IMG/VR virus record: IMGVR_UViG_3300020048_000021
Span: 41,848 to 105,847 of that record
Direction: 5' to 3' (one strand)
DNA length: 64,000 nucleotides
Origin: a virus
Lineage: Duplodnaviria > Heunggongvirae > Uroviricota > Caudoviricetes
The position numbers and the translations under genes were made by a program. The notes below the pieces were generated by a model that did no database searches, was not told the DNA's origin, and was given only the letters and a program-made list of their open reading frames with translations. Shown piece by piece: positions 16,783-26,300 of the stretch. Position 1 is the stretch's first letter, and each line of letters starts with the position of its first letter.

Positions 16783-19593
16783 ATGAAACTGTATGAATTA
16801 TTTGAAAAACAATTAAACGAAGTCAATATGAGTCCCGGCTCATTAAAGTCATGGGCTAAAGAAAATGCCAGTGGAATTACTGCTGGATTTGAAGCTGAAT
16901 TGGTATTTAAAAACGCACTTCATGTTGATGAAAATCCTTCAGAACCGAATTATGAGCCTGATTATGGTACAAATGAGCGCGCTAACGACATTGATCATAT
17001 AGTTTATTTTTTCAGTGAAGACTCTAATATGAGTTCTGGAGAACAAAACAGACTTCAAGACAGACTCACTAGTGAATATGTAGAGTGGAAAGTTGAAAAA
17101 ATGCAAGATATATTTAATAGACACGTCACTCATTATGTAAGAAAATATCTTTTAAAAACTTTTCGTTTTGAAGAAGAAATGAAGGCTTATATGTCAGTTC
17201 GTATGGAAATGACAGATGATGAAATTGATGTCGCAATGGCAGGATCAAATAACAGACCTACCGACAAATATAAAGAAGCTAAAGAATTAGTATTCAATGA
17301 ATTTACTCAAAGAGTTCATGATGCGGTAGATAATCAAAACGAAGATTATGATGATGCTCGTCAAGATTTTGAATCAAATTTTGAGTATGATGACACTTAC
17401 AGTGAACGTTCGTGGTTAAGAAGTAATAGTCTGGGATCAATGATTGACGTTGCAAATGCATATGATATTCCATGGCCTCATTTTTCAGAAGTAGAAGAAA
17501 ATAATAATTCATTTGATGGACGCTATCATTCTAATATTGCACAAGAACTAGCTGACTCTCTAGCAGAAAAACTAGGTGTAAAAACACAAGTAGAAACTGG
17601 TACTAGAGGACATCGTGAAAAACTAAATACTCCTCCTGATGTTTGGGTATTTGAAAATGACGGCAGTGTACGTGCAGAAAATATCAAAGACATGCCCATA
17701 GAAATTGTTAGTCCACCCATGTCACTAGAACAAACTCTAGCAATAATGCCTAAGTTCTTTGAATGGGCAAAAAGTCATGAAGCTTATACTAATAACTCGA
17801 CTGGAATACACATGAGCGTTGGTATGCCAGAACATAGTGGTGATAAATTAGATTATACCAAAGCTGTATTATTTTTAGGTGACACATACGTACTAGAACA
17901 ATTTGGTCGAATAGCAAATTCATATGCTCAGTCTGCACTTGACGAAATTAAATCAAAAATTAACGCAAGAAGAAAAAATCTAATACCAGCTGATAATGCT
18001 GTGACAAAAGCTCTTGACTCAATGCGTACAAAATTAAATTCACTGGCTACAAGATCATTTGTCAGTTCAGCAGGATTTGGTAAATACTACACTATTAATC
18101 CTAAAGACAACTATATTGAATTTCGTTCAGCCGGCGGTAAAGATTATATCAAAGATATTCCCAAGCTACAAAGCACTATGTTACGTTATGCTCGTGCAAT
18201 GAGCATAGGTATGGATCCCGATGCAGAAAAACAAGAGTATGCTAAGAAATTATACAAGTTGCTAGGTGATGTGAGACTTACTGCAACTAGAAGTGATGAT
18301 ACATTTGGTCCACCATCTTCAATAAATAAAAAAGACACGGCAGTGTCATATGATCCAAATGATCCAGTTTGGCTTTTTGCTCGTTACGTGTCTGGTAATC
18401 TTTCAAGAACTGGATTAATTAATAATATTAGACAAATTCAATCAACACGAAAAGGTCCCCTACCTAAGTCTTCTAATAATAACAGAAAAACATGGCAATT
18501 ATATGATATGTCAACTAGTGACTCTTCATCTAGCGGAGGATTGATTCATGAATTTGAGAATCCAGAGGGTAATAGAGGAAGTGCTATAACAATTGCACGA
18601 GAATGGTTAAATTCTCATCCAGAAGAATTTCGTCCTACTCTGGGAGTAAGACCAGCTCCAGTATCGCCAGTACATAGTTGGAGAGTATGGAACATATATA
18701 GACCTGGTAATACTCGTACTGCATTTGGAAGCACAGCACAAGAGGCTATTACTAGTGCTAGAGCAGATCCTGAAAATTCAGATTGGTCTCGTGGATATAA
18801 TCAAGCAGATTTTGGAGCATCTCGTGATACTACTTACGCTGATAATCAAACTAGATCGGCGTCTATAGCGGATTTACCCCCAAGCGATCCAAGCGGTAAT
18901 TATGTTGTAAAAACTTACGATGGCACGGGCCGTGCCGGCACGGGCGGTGCTAGAGGTCAGGTAGTGTATCAATTCTCGGCTGAAAATCTTACTGCAGCGT
19001 ATAACATAAAAATACAATGGGTAGAATCAATAAATGGCGTGCAATCAGACTATATCTTAGCACGAGCAGAGACCGCTACACAACAAGAACCTGAGATGAA
19101 TTTACCTCCAAATGATCCAAATGGTAATTTTATAATAAGAGCAAGACAGCAAAATTCCTCAGGTGAATATAGCAATGAAGGATCTGGTCCGGTATTATAT
19201 CAATTTTCAGCAAGTACTGGTGGAGAAGCAGTGCAAATAAAAAGACTATGGGTACAATCAGTAGGTGGACAGAATGTGCAATATTTCTTAGGGAATGCTG
19301 CTGATATACAACGACTACAAGCAACAAATACATCTCAATCTAGTCAGTACACTCGACCACGCTATAGAACTAGTCAAAATGGTTATTGGGTTATCTATAG
19401 TACTAGTAGTCATAATAATGTTGCTATTATTCCTGCTACTACTCAAGATGATGCAGATTCTGCATATTCAAACTGGCTACAATCTGAATGGAGACCAGAC
19501 GATAACTATGGTATTCGTCCAGCAGATCCAGAAGATTTACAAAATGCTCGTGATGTTGGCATGGAAATTCCTCCGCGAAATAATAATAATTAA
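16783..19593 (+). CDS. putative amidoligase paralog 2
   Basis: GFEAE, ENDGS, EIVSPP, NNSTGIHMSV, KYYTIN, YIEFRSAGG. Confidence 0.8.
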   Translation: MKLYELFEKQLNEVNMSPGSLKSWAKENASGITAGFEAELVFKNALHVDENPSEPNYEPDYGTNERANDIDHIVYFFSEDSNMSSGEQNRLQDRLTSEYVEWKVEKMQDIFNRHVTHYVRKYLLKTFRFEEEMKAYMSVRMEMTDDEIDVAMAGSNNRPTDKYKEAKELVFNEFTQRVHDAVDNQNEDYDDARQDFESNFEYDDTYSERSWLRSNSLGSMIDVANAYDIPWPHFSEVEENNNSFDGRYHSNIAQELADSLAEKLGVKTQVETGTRGHREKLNTPPDVWVFENDGSVRAENIKDMPIEIVSPPMSLEQTLAIMPKFFEWAKSHEAYTNNSTGIHMSVGMPEHSGDKLDYTKAVLFLGDTYVLEQFGRIANSYAQSALDEIKSKINARRKNLIPADNAVTKALDSMRTKLNSLATRSFVSSAGFGKYYTINPKDNYIEFRSAGGKDYIKDIPKLQSTMLRYARAMSIGMDPDAEKQEYAKKLYKLLGDVRLTATRSDDTFGPPSSINKKDTAVSYDPNDPVWLFARYVSGNLSRTGLINNIRQIQSTRKGPLPKSSNNNRKTWQLYDMSTSDSSSSGGLIHEFENPEGNRGSAITIAREWLNSHPEEFRPTLGVRPAPVSPVHSWRVWNIYRPGNTRTAFGSTAQEAITSARADPENSDWSRGYNQADFGASRDTTYADNQTRSASIADLPPSDPSGNYVVKTYDGTGRAGTGGARGQVVYQFSAENLTAAYNIKIQWVESINGVQSDYILARAETATQQEPEMNLPPNDPNGNFIIRARQQNSSGEYSNEGSGPVLYQFSASTGGEAVQIKRLWVQSVGGQNVQYFLGNAADIQRLQATNTSQSSQYTRPRYRTSQNGYWVIYSTSSHNNVAIIPATTQDDADSAYSNWLQSEWRPDDNYGIRPADPEDLQNARDVGMEIPPRNNNN

Positions 19594-19600
19594 ATTGACT

Positions 19601-19608
19601 GATAAATA
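19601..19608 (+). promoter_or_regulatory. late promoter GATAAATA
   Basis: 5 nt before ATG 19614. Confidence 0.7.
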
Positions 19609-19613
19609 TACAT

Positions 19614-22076
19614 ATGAAATTATATGAGTTCTTAATTCAACAATTAGACGAAGTAAGTCAAGCTCCGACACGTTTAGCTCAATTTGCTAATAGTCCCGAG
19701 GCAGAAGGAATCATTGCCGGTTTTGAAGCCGAGCTATGCTTTTCTGATATTCGTGAGAACACTGATTCTGAATCAGAGCCTGATATGGAGTATGATCGTC
19801 ATTCTAATAGTATTAGTAATATTATTGATTTTTTTAGACAGGGCGATAACATGGGTTATCGAGAGCTAGATCGTCTACAAACAAATTTAACTGAAGATTT
19901 TCTTGAATGGGTAACTGAGCAAGCATCAGAAGACTTTGAAAAAAATAAAGAAAGATTAATTAAAGACTATATCATAGAAAATGAATGGGATTGGGACGAG
20001 CAAATAAAAATTGATTTAAAAGATAATGGCTATGATGATGGTAGAATAGAAGACGCGATCTTTGCTAATAACAAAATTATTAAACTTAGAAATAACTATC
20101 AAAAAGATTCATTTCAATACAAATTAGAAGTTAAACCATATTTAGATGATTATCAACTTTATTTAATTGGAAAAGAACTGGCAGACAAGACATTAGATGA
20201 TATGGTAGAAAACTCTATTAACTCTCGCGATGATATCTATGATCAAACAGAAGAGCATATCAGAGAAGAATACGGAGAAGATTCAAACATAGAGAATGAG
20301 TGGCTGGCAGCTGCCGATCTCAGTTACATGAGTGACGTGAATCTCGCTTATGATGATGCATACTGGCCATTTTGGACTAGTGATTATGACGAAGATGAAG
20401 GATTTGATGAGTCGGCAGCACAGTGGCTTGCAAATGATTTAAAAGCAAAGTTAGGAGTAAGAACATTTGTAAGTAGTGGTCATGGATCTGGCGGAGATAG
20501 ACAAAAAGATTGGGTATTTGAACCAGATGGTAGTTTACAGGCTAGTAGTACTAGCGACATGACAGTTGAAATAGTTAGTCCTCCTATGCCACTAAAAGAT
20601 TGTCTTGATATAATGCCTAAGTTTTTCAAATGGGCAAAATCACGCGATGCATATGCCAATGAAAGCACAGGTTTTCATATGAGCGTAAGTGTACCATCAC
20701 AAGATACAAGTTTAATAGACTATACTAAACTGGCATTGTTCTTAGGTGATGTGCATGTTCTAGAAGAGTTTGACAGAGATGGTAATCATTTTTGTGTGTC
20801 TGCTATGGAAAAAATCAAAGCCAGAGTAGCAAAAGGAAATATTGATATAGAAAATGTATTCACTTTGATGAAAGAGGGTCTTGATAATATTGCTAGCAGT
20901 TTAATAGCACCAAACGGTGGGTTTGGAAAATATATCAGTATAAATCCTAAAGACAAGTACATTGAATTTCGTAGTGCCGGCAATACAGATTATTTTGATG
21001 ATATAGATAAATTACAAAATACACTACGTAGATATGCACAAGCTATACACATTGCCAGTGATCCTTCTTACGAACGAAAAGAATATCAAAAGAAATTATA
21101 TAAGCTACTTGCTCCTACCGAAAAGATTGCTCCTGAGCTTGCTAAAAAATTAGCATCATTTTCTGCTGGAAGACTAAGCAAGGAAGAATTAGATAATTGG
21201 CTAAAAGAACTAAAGAGCACACTCTTTAAGAAAAATTTAATTAGAAATACAGATAGTCTAGCAGCATCAGGAAAAATATTAAACTGGGATGTTTCAGCTA
21301 AAGGCGAACCAAGATATAACTACTGTAATGTTTTTGCAAAAACCAAAAAAGATGCACTTGAGTTAGTTAAAAAATGGGAAACAGAATGGCACAACACACG
21401 TGCATCTGTCGATGACTGGGAAGCTACGCTAGTAGGAGAAAGTACAACAGAATCATCAATGAAACGTGTTGCGGTCAGAGATCATTATGGAACTTTGACT
21501 ATAGCAAATAATTCAACTAATCTTTCCGACGCGTATCTTACTCAATCTAAGTGGGAGCTAGTAAATAATAATGAATTAGTACCAGAAACAGTTTGTAAAG
21601 TACTGGCTAGTGACAAATCAGTTGCTGAGGTAATAGCTGATTCGTGGCTACGTTCTATGCATAATCAACGTAATGGACTAGCCGGTTTTGAGCTTAAACC
21701 ACTAAATGAAGTGGCTCGAACTGAAATGAATCAATCTACACAAACTAGATCAAATTCTAATGTTCAAGATATTGGAATGGATATTGCTCAAAACTTTATT
21801 CCTGGATCCACTTTGGACTTACAACATCAAGCTCAAGCTCGGCGTCAACGTCAACGAGACGCACGACTATCAGGGGGCGAATTTACTGGTGAGTGGATAG
21901 TGGTTAATGGATCGGATCAAGAAGTTTATAGATTCGGTGGCATAGGCAACTCTCAAAGTGATGCTAATCGAGTAGCTGGTGAATGGGCACAGAGAACTGG
22001 ATATTTCAACAACAACAACTCTAGATACTCAGTATATCCGGTACTGAGTCCCGATACAAATCAATCCACAACTTAA
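19614..22076 (+). CDS. putative amidoligase paralog 3
   Basis: GFEAE, EPDGS, EIVSPP, NESTGFHMSV, KYISIN, YIEFRSAGN. Confidence 0.8.
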   Translation: MKLYEFLIQQLDEVSQAPTRLAQFANSPEAEGIIAGFEAELCFSDIRENTDSESEPDMEYDRHSNSISNIIDFFRQGDNMGYRELDRLQTNLTEDFLEWVTEQASEDFEKNKERLIKDYIIENEWDWDEQIKIDLKDNGYDDGRIEDAIFANNKIIKLRNNYQKDSFQYKLEVKPYLDDYQLYLIGKELADKTLDDMVENSINSRDDIYDQTEEHIREEYGEDSNIENEWLAAADLSYMSDVNLAYDDAYWPFWTSDYDEDEGFDESAAQWLANDLKAKLGVRTFVSSGHGSGGDRQKDWVFEPDGSLQASSTSDMTVEIVSPPMPLKDCLDIMPKFFKWAKSRDAYANESTGFHMSVSVPSQDTSLIDYTKLALFLGDVHVLEEFDRDGNHFCVSAMEKIKARVAKGNIDIENVFTLMKEGLDNIASSLIAPNGGFGKYISINPKDKYIEFRSAGNTDYFDDIDKLQNTLRRYAQAIHIASDPSYERKEYQKKLYKLLAPTEKIAPELAKKLASFSAGRLSKEELDNWLKELKSTLFKKNLIRNTDSLAASGKILNWDVSAKGEPRYNYCNVFAKTKKDALELVKKWETEWHNTRASVDDWEATLVGESTTESSMKRVAVRDHYGTLTIANNSTNLSDAYLTQSKWELVNNNELVPETVCKVLASDKSVAEVIADSWLRSMHNQRNGLAGFELKPLNEVARTEMNQSTQTRSNSNVQDIGMDIAQNFIPGSTLDLQHQAQARRQRQRDARLSGGEFTGEWIVVNGSDQEVYRFGGIGNSQSDANRVAGEWAQRTGYFNNNNSRYSVYPVLSPDTNQSTT

Positions 22077-22116
22077 TAAGTTTGGACATATAAATTTATC
22101 AATTTAACCAAACAAT

Positions 22117-22124
22117 GATAAATA
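22117..22124 (+). promoter_or_regulatory. late promoter GATAAATA upstream of SSB gene
   Basis: Sits just before a sigma70-type promoter, giving a dual-promoter arrangement. Confidence 0.55.
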
Positions 22125-22127
22125 CTA

Positions 22128-22157
22128 TTGACAAAGAGATCATTGATCGTATATAAT
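22128..22157 (+). promoter_or_regulatory. sigma70-type promoter
   Basis: TTGACA-N18-TATAAT. Confidence 0.75.
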
Positions 22158-22189
22158 GTAATCTAAGTCACCATCAGAATTCCTCTGAT

Positions 22190-22229
22190 TACAACACTTA
22201 TACATAATTAATACAACACTTAAACATAA
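22190..22229 (+). repeat. 18-bp direct repeat TACAACACTTA(T/A)ACATAA x2 in the SSB leader
   Basis: Copies at 22190-22207 and 22212-22229, one mismatch, ending at the SD. Confidence 0.8.
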
Positions 22230-22241
22230 AGGAAATACAAA

Positions 22242-23264
22242 ATGAGTTTAGCAGACATTCGTGCCAAATTGCAGGCACAAGAAAATCGTGGACAATCTAC
22301 TCCATCAGCAAAAACCCCAGGTGATCAAGCATTATATCCATTCTGGAATATCAAAGCAGGCGAACAAACTGTTATTCGGTTTCTTCCAGATACAGATCCA
22401 ACCAATTCTTTTTTCTGGGTAGAAAAGGCAGTTATCAATCTTACATTCACAGGCGTAAAGGGCGATTCAACTGATGATAAAGTTCGTATCGTAAAAGTTC
22501 CATGTATGGAAACATATGGCGAAAATTGCCCAGTACTAGCCGAAGTAAGAACTTGGTACAAAGACGATAGTTTAAAAGAAATGGCTAACAAATATTGGAA
22601 AAAGCGTACATACTTATTTCAAGGTTTTGTAAAGACTAATCCATTGTTAAATACTGGAGATGCAAAAACAGAAGATTCTCCTCCAGAGAATCCAATTCGT
22701 CGTTTTGTGGTTACTCCACAATTATTCACCGTTATTAAAGCGGCAATGATGGATCCAGAAATCGAAGAATTGCCAACTGATTATCAGCGTGGTCTTGATT
22801 TTAAAATTGTCAAGGGTACTAAAGGCGAATGGGCTGATTATTCAACCTCAAGTTTCGCTCGTAAAGAAACCGCATTGACAGAAGCAGAACAGCAGGCTAT
22901 TGAACAGTATGGTTTGTTGAATCTTAAAGACTTCTTACCTAAGAAGCCAAGCGAATCAGAACAGCGAATTATCAAAGAGATGTTTGAAGCATCAGTTGAT
23001 GGTCGCCCATATGATATCGAGCGTTGGGGAGCATACTATAAGCCTTGGGGATTAGAAGTAGGTTCTGCAGCTAAATCAGATGATGACGAGCCATTCGAAA
23101 CTCAGGCTGTAGTTAATCAGCCAGCTCAATCAACCTCAACTCCACCATGGTCAGAAGACGCTTCTGAAGCATCAGAAGAAGTTAAGGTTCCTGCTACTAA
23201 GTCGAATTCTAATCCCAATGATATTTTGGCATTGATTCGTAGTAGACAGAACAAAACCGCCTAA
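22242..23264 (+). CDS. gp32: single-stranded DNA-binding protein (T4 gp32-like)
   Basis: IRFLPD, FFW, CMETYGENCP, YWKKR..Y, DF.I.K, DYSTSSF, acidic tail, DILALIRSRQ. Confidence 0.9.
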   Translation: MSLADIRAKLQAQENRGQSTPSAKTPGDQALYPFWNIKAGEQTVIRFLPDTDPTNSFFWVEKAVINLTFTGVKGDSTDDKVRIVKVPCMETYGENCPVLAEVRTWYKDDSLKEMANKYWKKRTYLFQGFVKTNPLLNTGDAKTEDSPPENPIRRFVVTPQLFTVIKAAMMDPEIEELPTDYQRGLDFKIVKGTKGEWADYSTSSFARKETALTEAEQQAIEQYGLLNLKDFLPKKPSESEQRIIKEMFEASVDGRPYDIERWGAYYKPWGLEVGSAAKSDDDEPFETQAVVNQPAQSTSTPPWSEDASEASEEVKVPATKSNSNPNDILALIRSRQNKTA

Positions 23265-23275
23265 CTATTAGGTCT

Positions 23276-23305
23276 AGAATATATCCGATTTCTCGGATAT
23301 ATTCT
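23276..23305 (+). terminator. 13-bp perfect stem-loop after SSB (terminator or processing site)
   Basis: AGAATATATCCGA-tttc-TCGGATATATTCT; weak U-tract. Confidence 0.55.
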
Positions 23306-23323
23306 TATATTCGGAGAACAAAC

Positions 23324-23557
23324 ATGACCCTACCCGATGAGCGTTATCGCGCCATAAAACAAGGTAAAAAATTACTAGAAGAACTATGCGATCCTGGAAA
23401 AACACCTAGAGTGCCAGCGATTGTGAGAGAACGAGCAAGAGGAGCACTGAGACATTATCCCAATGATTATGAATTGGATAGTATAGCAAAAGAATGCCCA
23501 GACTTACTTGACATACAGTCGTTTTCTATGTATAATTATATAAAGGATAATAAATGA
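23324..23557 (+). CDS. small hypothetical protein (recalls the BPSL0761 family)
   Basis: MTLPDERYRA...ARGALRHYP; GGAG RBS. Confidence 0.75.
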   Translation: MTLPDERYRAIKQGKKLLEELCDPGKTPRVPAIVRERARGALRHYPNDYELDSIAKECPDLLDIQSFSMYNYIKDNK

Positions 23558-24621
23558 AGAAGCCGTTTGATCTGAGTAAATTTAGAAAAGATATTACTAA
23601 GAGTATTGAAGGAATGTCAATTGGATTCTCAGATCCTACTGACTGGATCTCAACTGGTAATTATGCCCTAAATTTTCTTATTAGTGGTGATTTTAACAAG
23701 GGTATTCCTCTTGGTAAAGTAACCGTATTTGCTGGCGAAAGTGGCGCCGGTAAATCCTATATCTGTTCGGGTAATGTGATCAGAAATGCTCAAGCACAGG
23801 GTATCTTTGTTATCTTAATTGATTCAGAGAACGCACTAGATGAAAGCTGGCTTAAAGCTCTTGGCGTTGAAACATCCGAAGACAAGTTGTTGAAACTAAA
23901 CATGGCCATGATTAATGATGTCAGTAAGACTATTTCAACATTTATGAAAGACTACAAAGCGTTGCCACAAGAAGACAGACCAAAAGTCTTGTTTGTTGTT
24001 GACTCGCTTGGTATGCTAATGACTGATATTCAAGTTGAGCAATTTGATAAGGGCGATAATAAGGGTGACTTTGGTCACAAGCCTCGTCAATTGAAGACTC
24101 TTGTTACTAACTGTGTGAATATGTTTGGAAGCAACAATGTTGGATTAATAGCAACCAATCACTCGTATGAATCACAAGATCCTTATTCACCTGATCCAAA
24201 GATTTCGGGTGGTAGCGGTTTCGTTTATGCAAGTTCAATCGTAGTTGCCATGAAGAAACTCAAGCTGAAACTTGATGATGAAGGTAACAAAGTAACTGAT
24301 GTTCTTGGTATCAGGGCTGGCTGTAAGATTATGAAGACACGTTATGCTAAGCCATTTGAAGATATCGAACTTCAGATTCCATACGAAACTGGTATGAATC
24401 CATATTCAGGATTCTTTGATCTACTTGAAAAACGTAATATGATTAAGAAAGAGGGCAATCGCTATTGTTACACTGATCTTAATGGAGAAGTTCATAAATA
24501 TTTTCGTAAAGAATGGGCAAAGAATGCTAATGGAATTTTTGATTTAGTAATGTCAGAATTCAATGAAAAAACTAAAAGTGTATTGCCAACTATTACCGAC
24601 GAAGAGGAGACAGAAGAATGA
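23554..24621 (+). CDS. uvsX: RecA-like recombinase
   Basis: ISTGNYALN, Walker A GESGAGKS, IDSE, FVVDSL, TNH, ISGGSG, KTRY. Confidence 0.95.
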   Translation: MKKPFDLSKFRKDITKSIEGMSIGFSDPTDWISTGNYALNFLISGDFNKGIPLGKVTVFAGESGAGKSYICSGNVIRNAQAQGIFVILIDSENALDESWLKALGVETSEDKLLKLNMAMINDVSKTISTFMKDYKALPQEDRPKVLFVVDSLGMLMTDIQVEQFDKGDNKGDFGHKPRQLKTLVTNCVNMFGSNNVGLIATNHSYESQDPYSPDPKISGGSGFVYASSIVVAMKKLKLKLDDEGNKVTDVLGIRAGCKIMKTRYAKPFEDIELQIPYETGMNPYSGFFDLLEKRNMIKKEGNRYCYTDLNGEVHKYFRKEWAKNANGIFDLVMSEFNEKTKSVLPTITDEEETEE

Positions 24622-24902
24622 GTTTGATGTTAGTTGTTGAAATGTGGTCTGTAGTTAAAGAAAGCATTATTAGCAGTGATCGTGCCATTGTTGCTGAGAA
24701 TATCATTACAATGTTAATCGACAATGATGTTAGTGCCGATGAAATTCATCGAGCATTTCGTGGCGAAGGAGTCGTAATCGATGCACTGAAATCTTATATT
24801 GACTCAGATGATGACATTTGGAGCGATGAAGATGAATTAGATGTTGAGTTAGATTACACAGACGACGATGACGATGATGATGAAACAGATGAAAACTGGT
24901 AA
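24618..24902 (+). CDS. hypothetical protein with highly acidic C-terminus
   Basis: 94 aa, ATGA overlap with uvsX, tail DYTDDDDDDDETDENW. Confidence 0.75.
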   Translation: MSLMLVVEMWSVVKESIISSDRAIVAENIITMLIDNDVSADEIHRAFRGEGVVIDALKSYIDSDDDIWSDEDELDVELDYTDDDDDDDETDENW

Positions 24903-24905
24903 CCA

Positions 24906-25361
24906 ATGAACTGGTATCATAAAGTAACACAAGACTTGGGAGTTTTGCCTGATTTTATAGCTCATTATGAGGCTAATCTAAATCAGGCAAGATTTGCTAC
25001 TCATATTAAAGGTCTTGTTCAAAAAAGCATTTCTGAACTTCCAGGAGTGACTGAACAAGTTTTCTCTCAATTACAAGAAGTTGAATCTGTATTAAATTTT
25101 ATGAATATTCAACTTAAAAAACTTCGTAGTCAAACATTTAAAAAATATCTCGAAAATTACAACAGAGCCTTAACTAGCAGAGACGCAGAGCGTTATGTTG
25201 ATGGTGAACAGGATGTCATTGACATGGAAACTTTGTGTAATGAAGTAGCACTACTAAGAAATCGATATCTTTCAGTAATGAAAGGTTTAGAGTCTAAAAA
25301 TTTCATGCTAGGTCATTTAGTCAGACTAAAGACTGCCGGCATGGAAGACTTTCAAATTTAG
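24906..25361 (+). CDS. uvsY: recombination mediator
   Basis: Helical; AERYVDGEQDV..., next to uvsX. Confidence 0.75.
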   Translation: MNWYHKVTQDLGVLPDFIAHYEANLNQARFATHIKGLVQKSISELPGVTEQVFSQLQEVESVLNFMNIQLKKLRSQTFKKYLENYNRALTSRDAERYVDGEQDVIDMETLCNEVALLRNRYLSVMKGLESKNFMLGHLVRLKTAGMEDFQI

Positions 25362-25368
25362 GATAACA

Positions 25369-26289
25369 ATGTTTCCATACATCGGCGGCAAAAAACAACA
25401 TAGCAAATGGATTGATCCATTATTCCCAACCAACTTTAAGACTTATGTTGAGGTCTTTGGTGGTGCATTCTGGATGTACTGGATGAGCAAAAAGACTCCA
25501 GTTAAAACCAATGTGTATAACGATTTTAATCGTCATCTTTACAATGTGTTTACTTGTGCCAGCACAGACCCAAAGAAGTTTGAACTAGCTCTAAAGAATT
25601 TATATCCAAGCGTGGGAAACGCTGTGGTATTTGAGCAATTTCGTGATCAGATATTTCAAGTATACAACACTAACTTTACCACTCCTGACTATGATCTAGC
25701 AGCCAAGTATATGTTCTTACAAACACAGTTTTTTACTGGAGGCTTGGGATTACATGAAAAGACAAAAATTTATAGTAATCCAAAGTATAAATCTAAGTTT
25801 TATACCTATACAGAAAAATTCTCACAGCAACATTACTTAGATAGACTAAGTGTAATGAGTACTGAAAATATGGACTGTAGAGCGGTTATTACTAAATATG
25901 ATCATGCTGATACATTCTTCTACATTGATCCACCATACTTTAACTTAGAAGATTATTACACTAAGAACAGTTTTGGACGTGAGGATCATATTGAATTGCT
26001 AACACAAATGAGTTCCATGAAAGGTAAGTTTGCTTTAAGTTATTATTACTTTAAAGAATTAGAAGACATTATGCCCAGAGATAAATTCTACTGGCACGAG
26101 CAAGTAACTTACTCTAACAATGGCTTGACTAAGGTAGAGGGAGCAGTACGCAAAGACGGCAAATCAGCCAAGGGCGTTAGACCAGAACGAGTAGAAGTTT
26201 TGATCTTAAACTATCAACCTCCAGTTATAGTTCCAGTAGTATCTAAGAGGAAAAAAATCATAGAATCAAATCTATTTACTTTTGAATAA
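25369..26289 (+). CDS. dam: Dam-type (D12 class) N6-adenine DNA methyltransferase
   Basis: FPYIGGK, YVEVFGGA, YNDFN, FFYIDPPY, FALSY. Confidence 0.92.
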   Translation: MFPYIGGKKQHSKWIDPLFPTNFKTYVEVFGGAFWMYWMSKKTPVKTNVYNDFNRHLYNVFTCASTDPKKFELALKNLYPSVGNAVVFEQFRDQIFQVYNTNFTTPDYDLAAKYMFLQTQFFTGGLGLHEKTKIYSNPKYKSKFYTYTEKFSQQHYLDRLSVMSTENMDCRAVITKYDHADTFFYIDPPYFNLEDYYTKNSFGREDHIELLTQMSSMKGKFALSYYYFKELEDIMPRDKFYWHEQVTYSNNGLTKVEGAVRKDGKSAKGVRPERVEVLILNYQPPVIVPVVSKRKKIIESNLFTFE

Positions 26290-26292
26290 ATA
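26286..26292 (+). promoter_or_regulatory. late promoter ATAAATA
   Basis: Overlaps the dam stop, 8 nt before ATG 26301. Confidence 0.6.
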
Positions 26293-26300
26293 GTATTACT

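Noticed and set aside
13659-22076. Diversity-generating retroelement (template/variable repeats) behind the variable tails
   Set aside because: No reverse transcriptase in the window, and differences between similar segments are not restricted to adenines.
22190-22229. Direct repeat as a mini CRISPR array
   Set aside because: Only two 18-nt copies with a 4-nt gap; no spacers and no cas genes.
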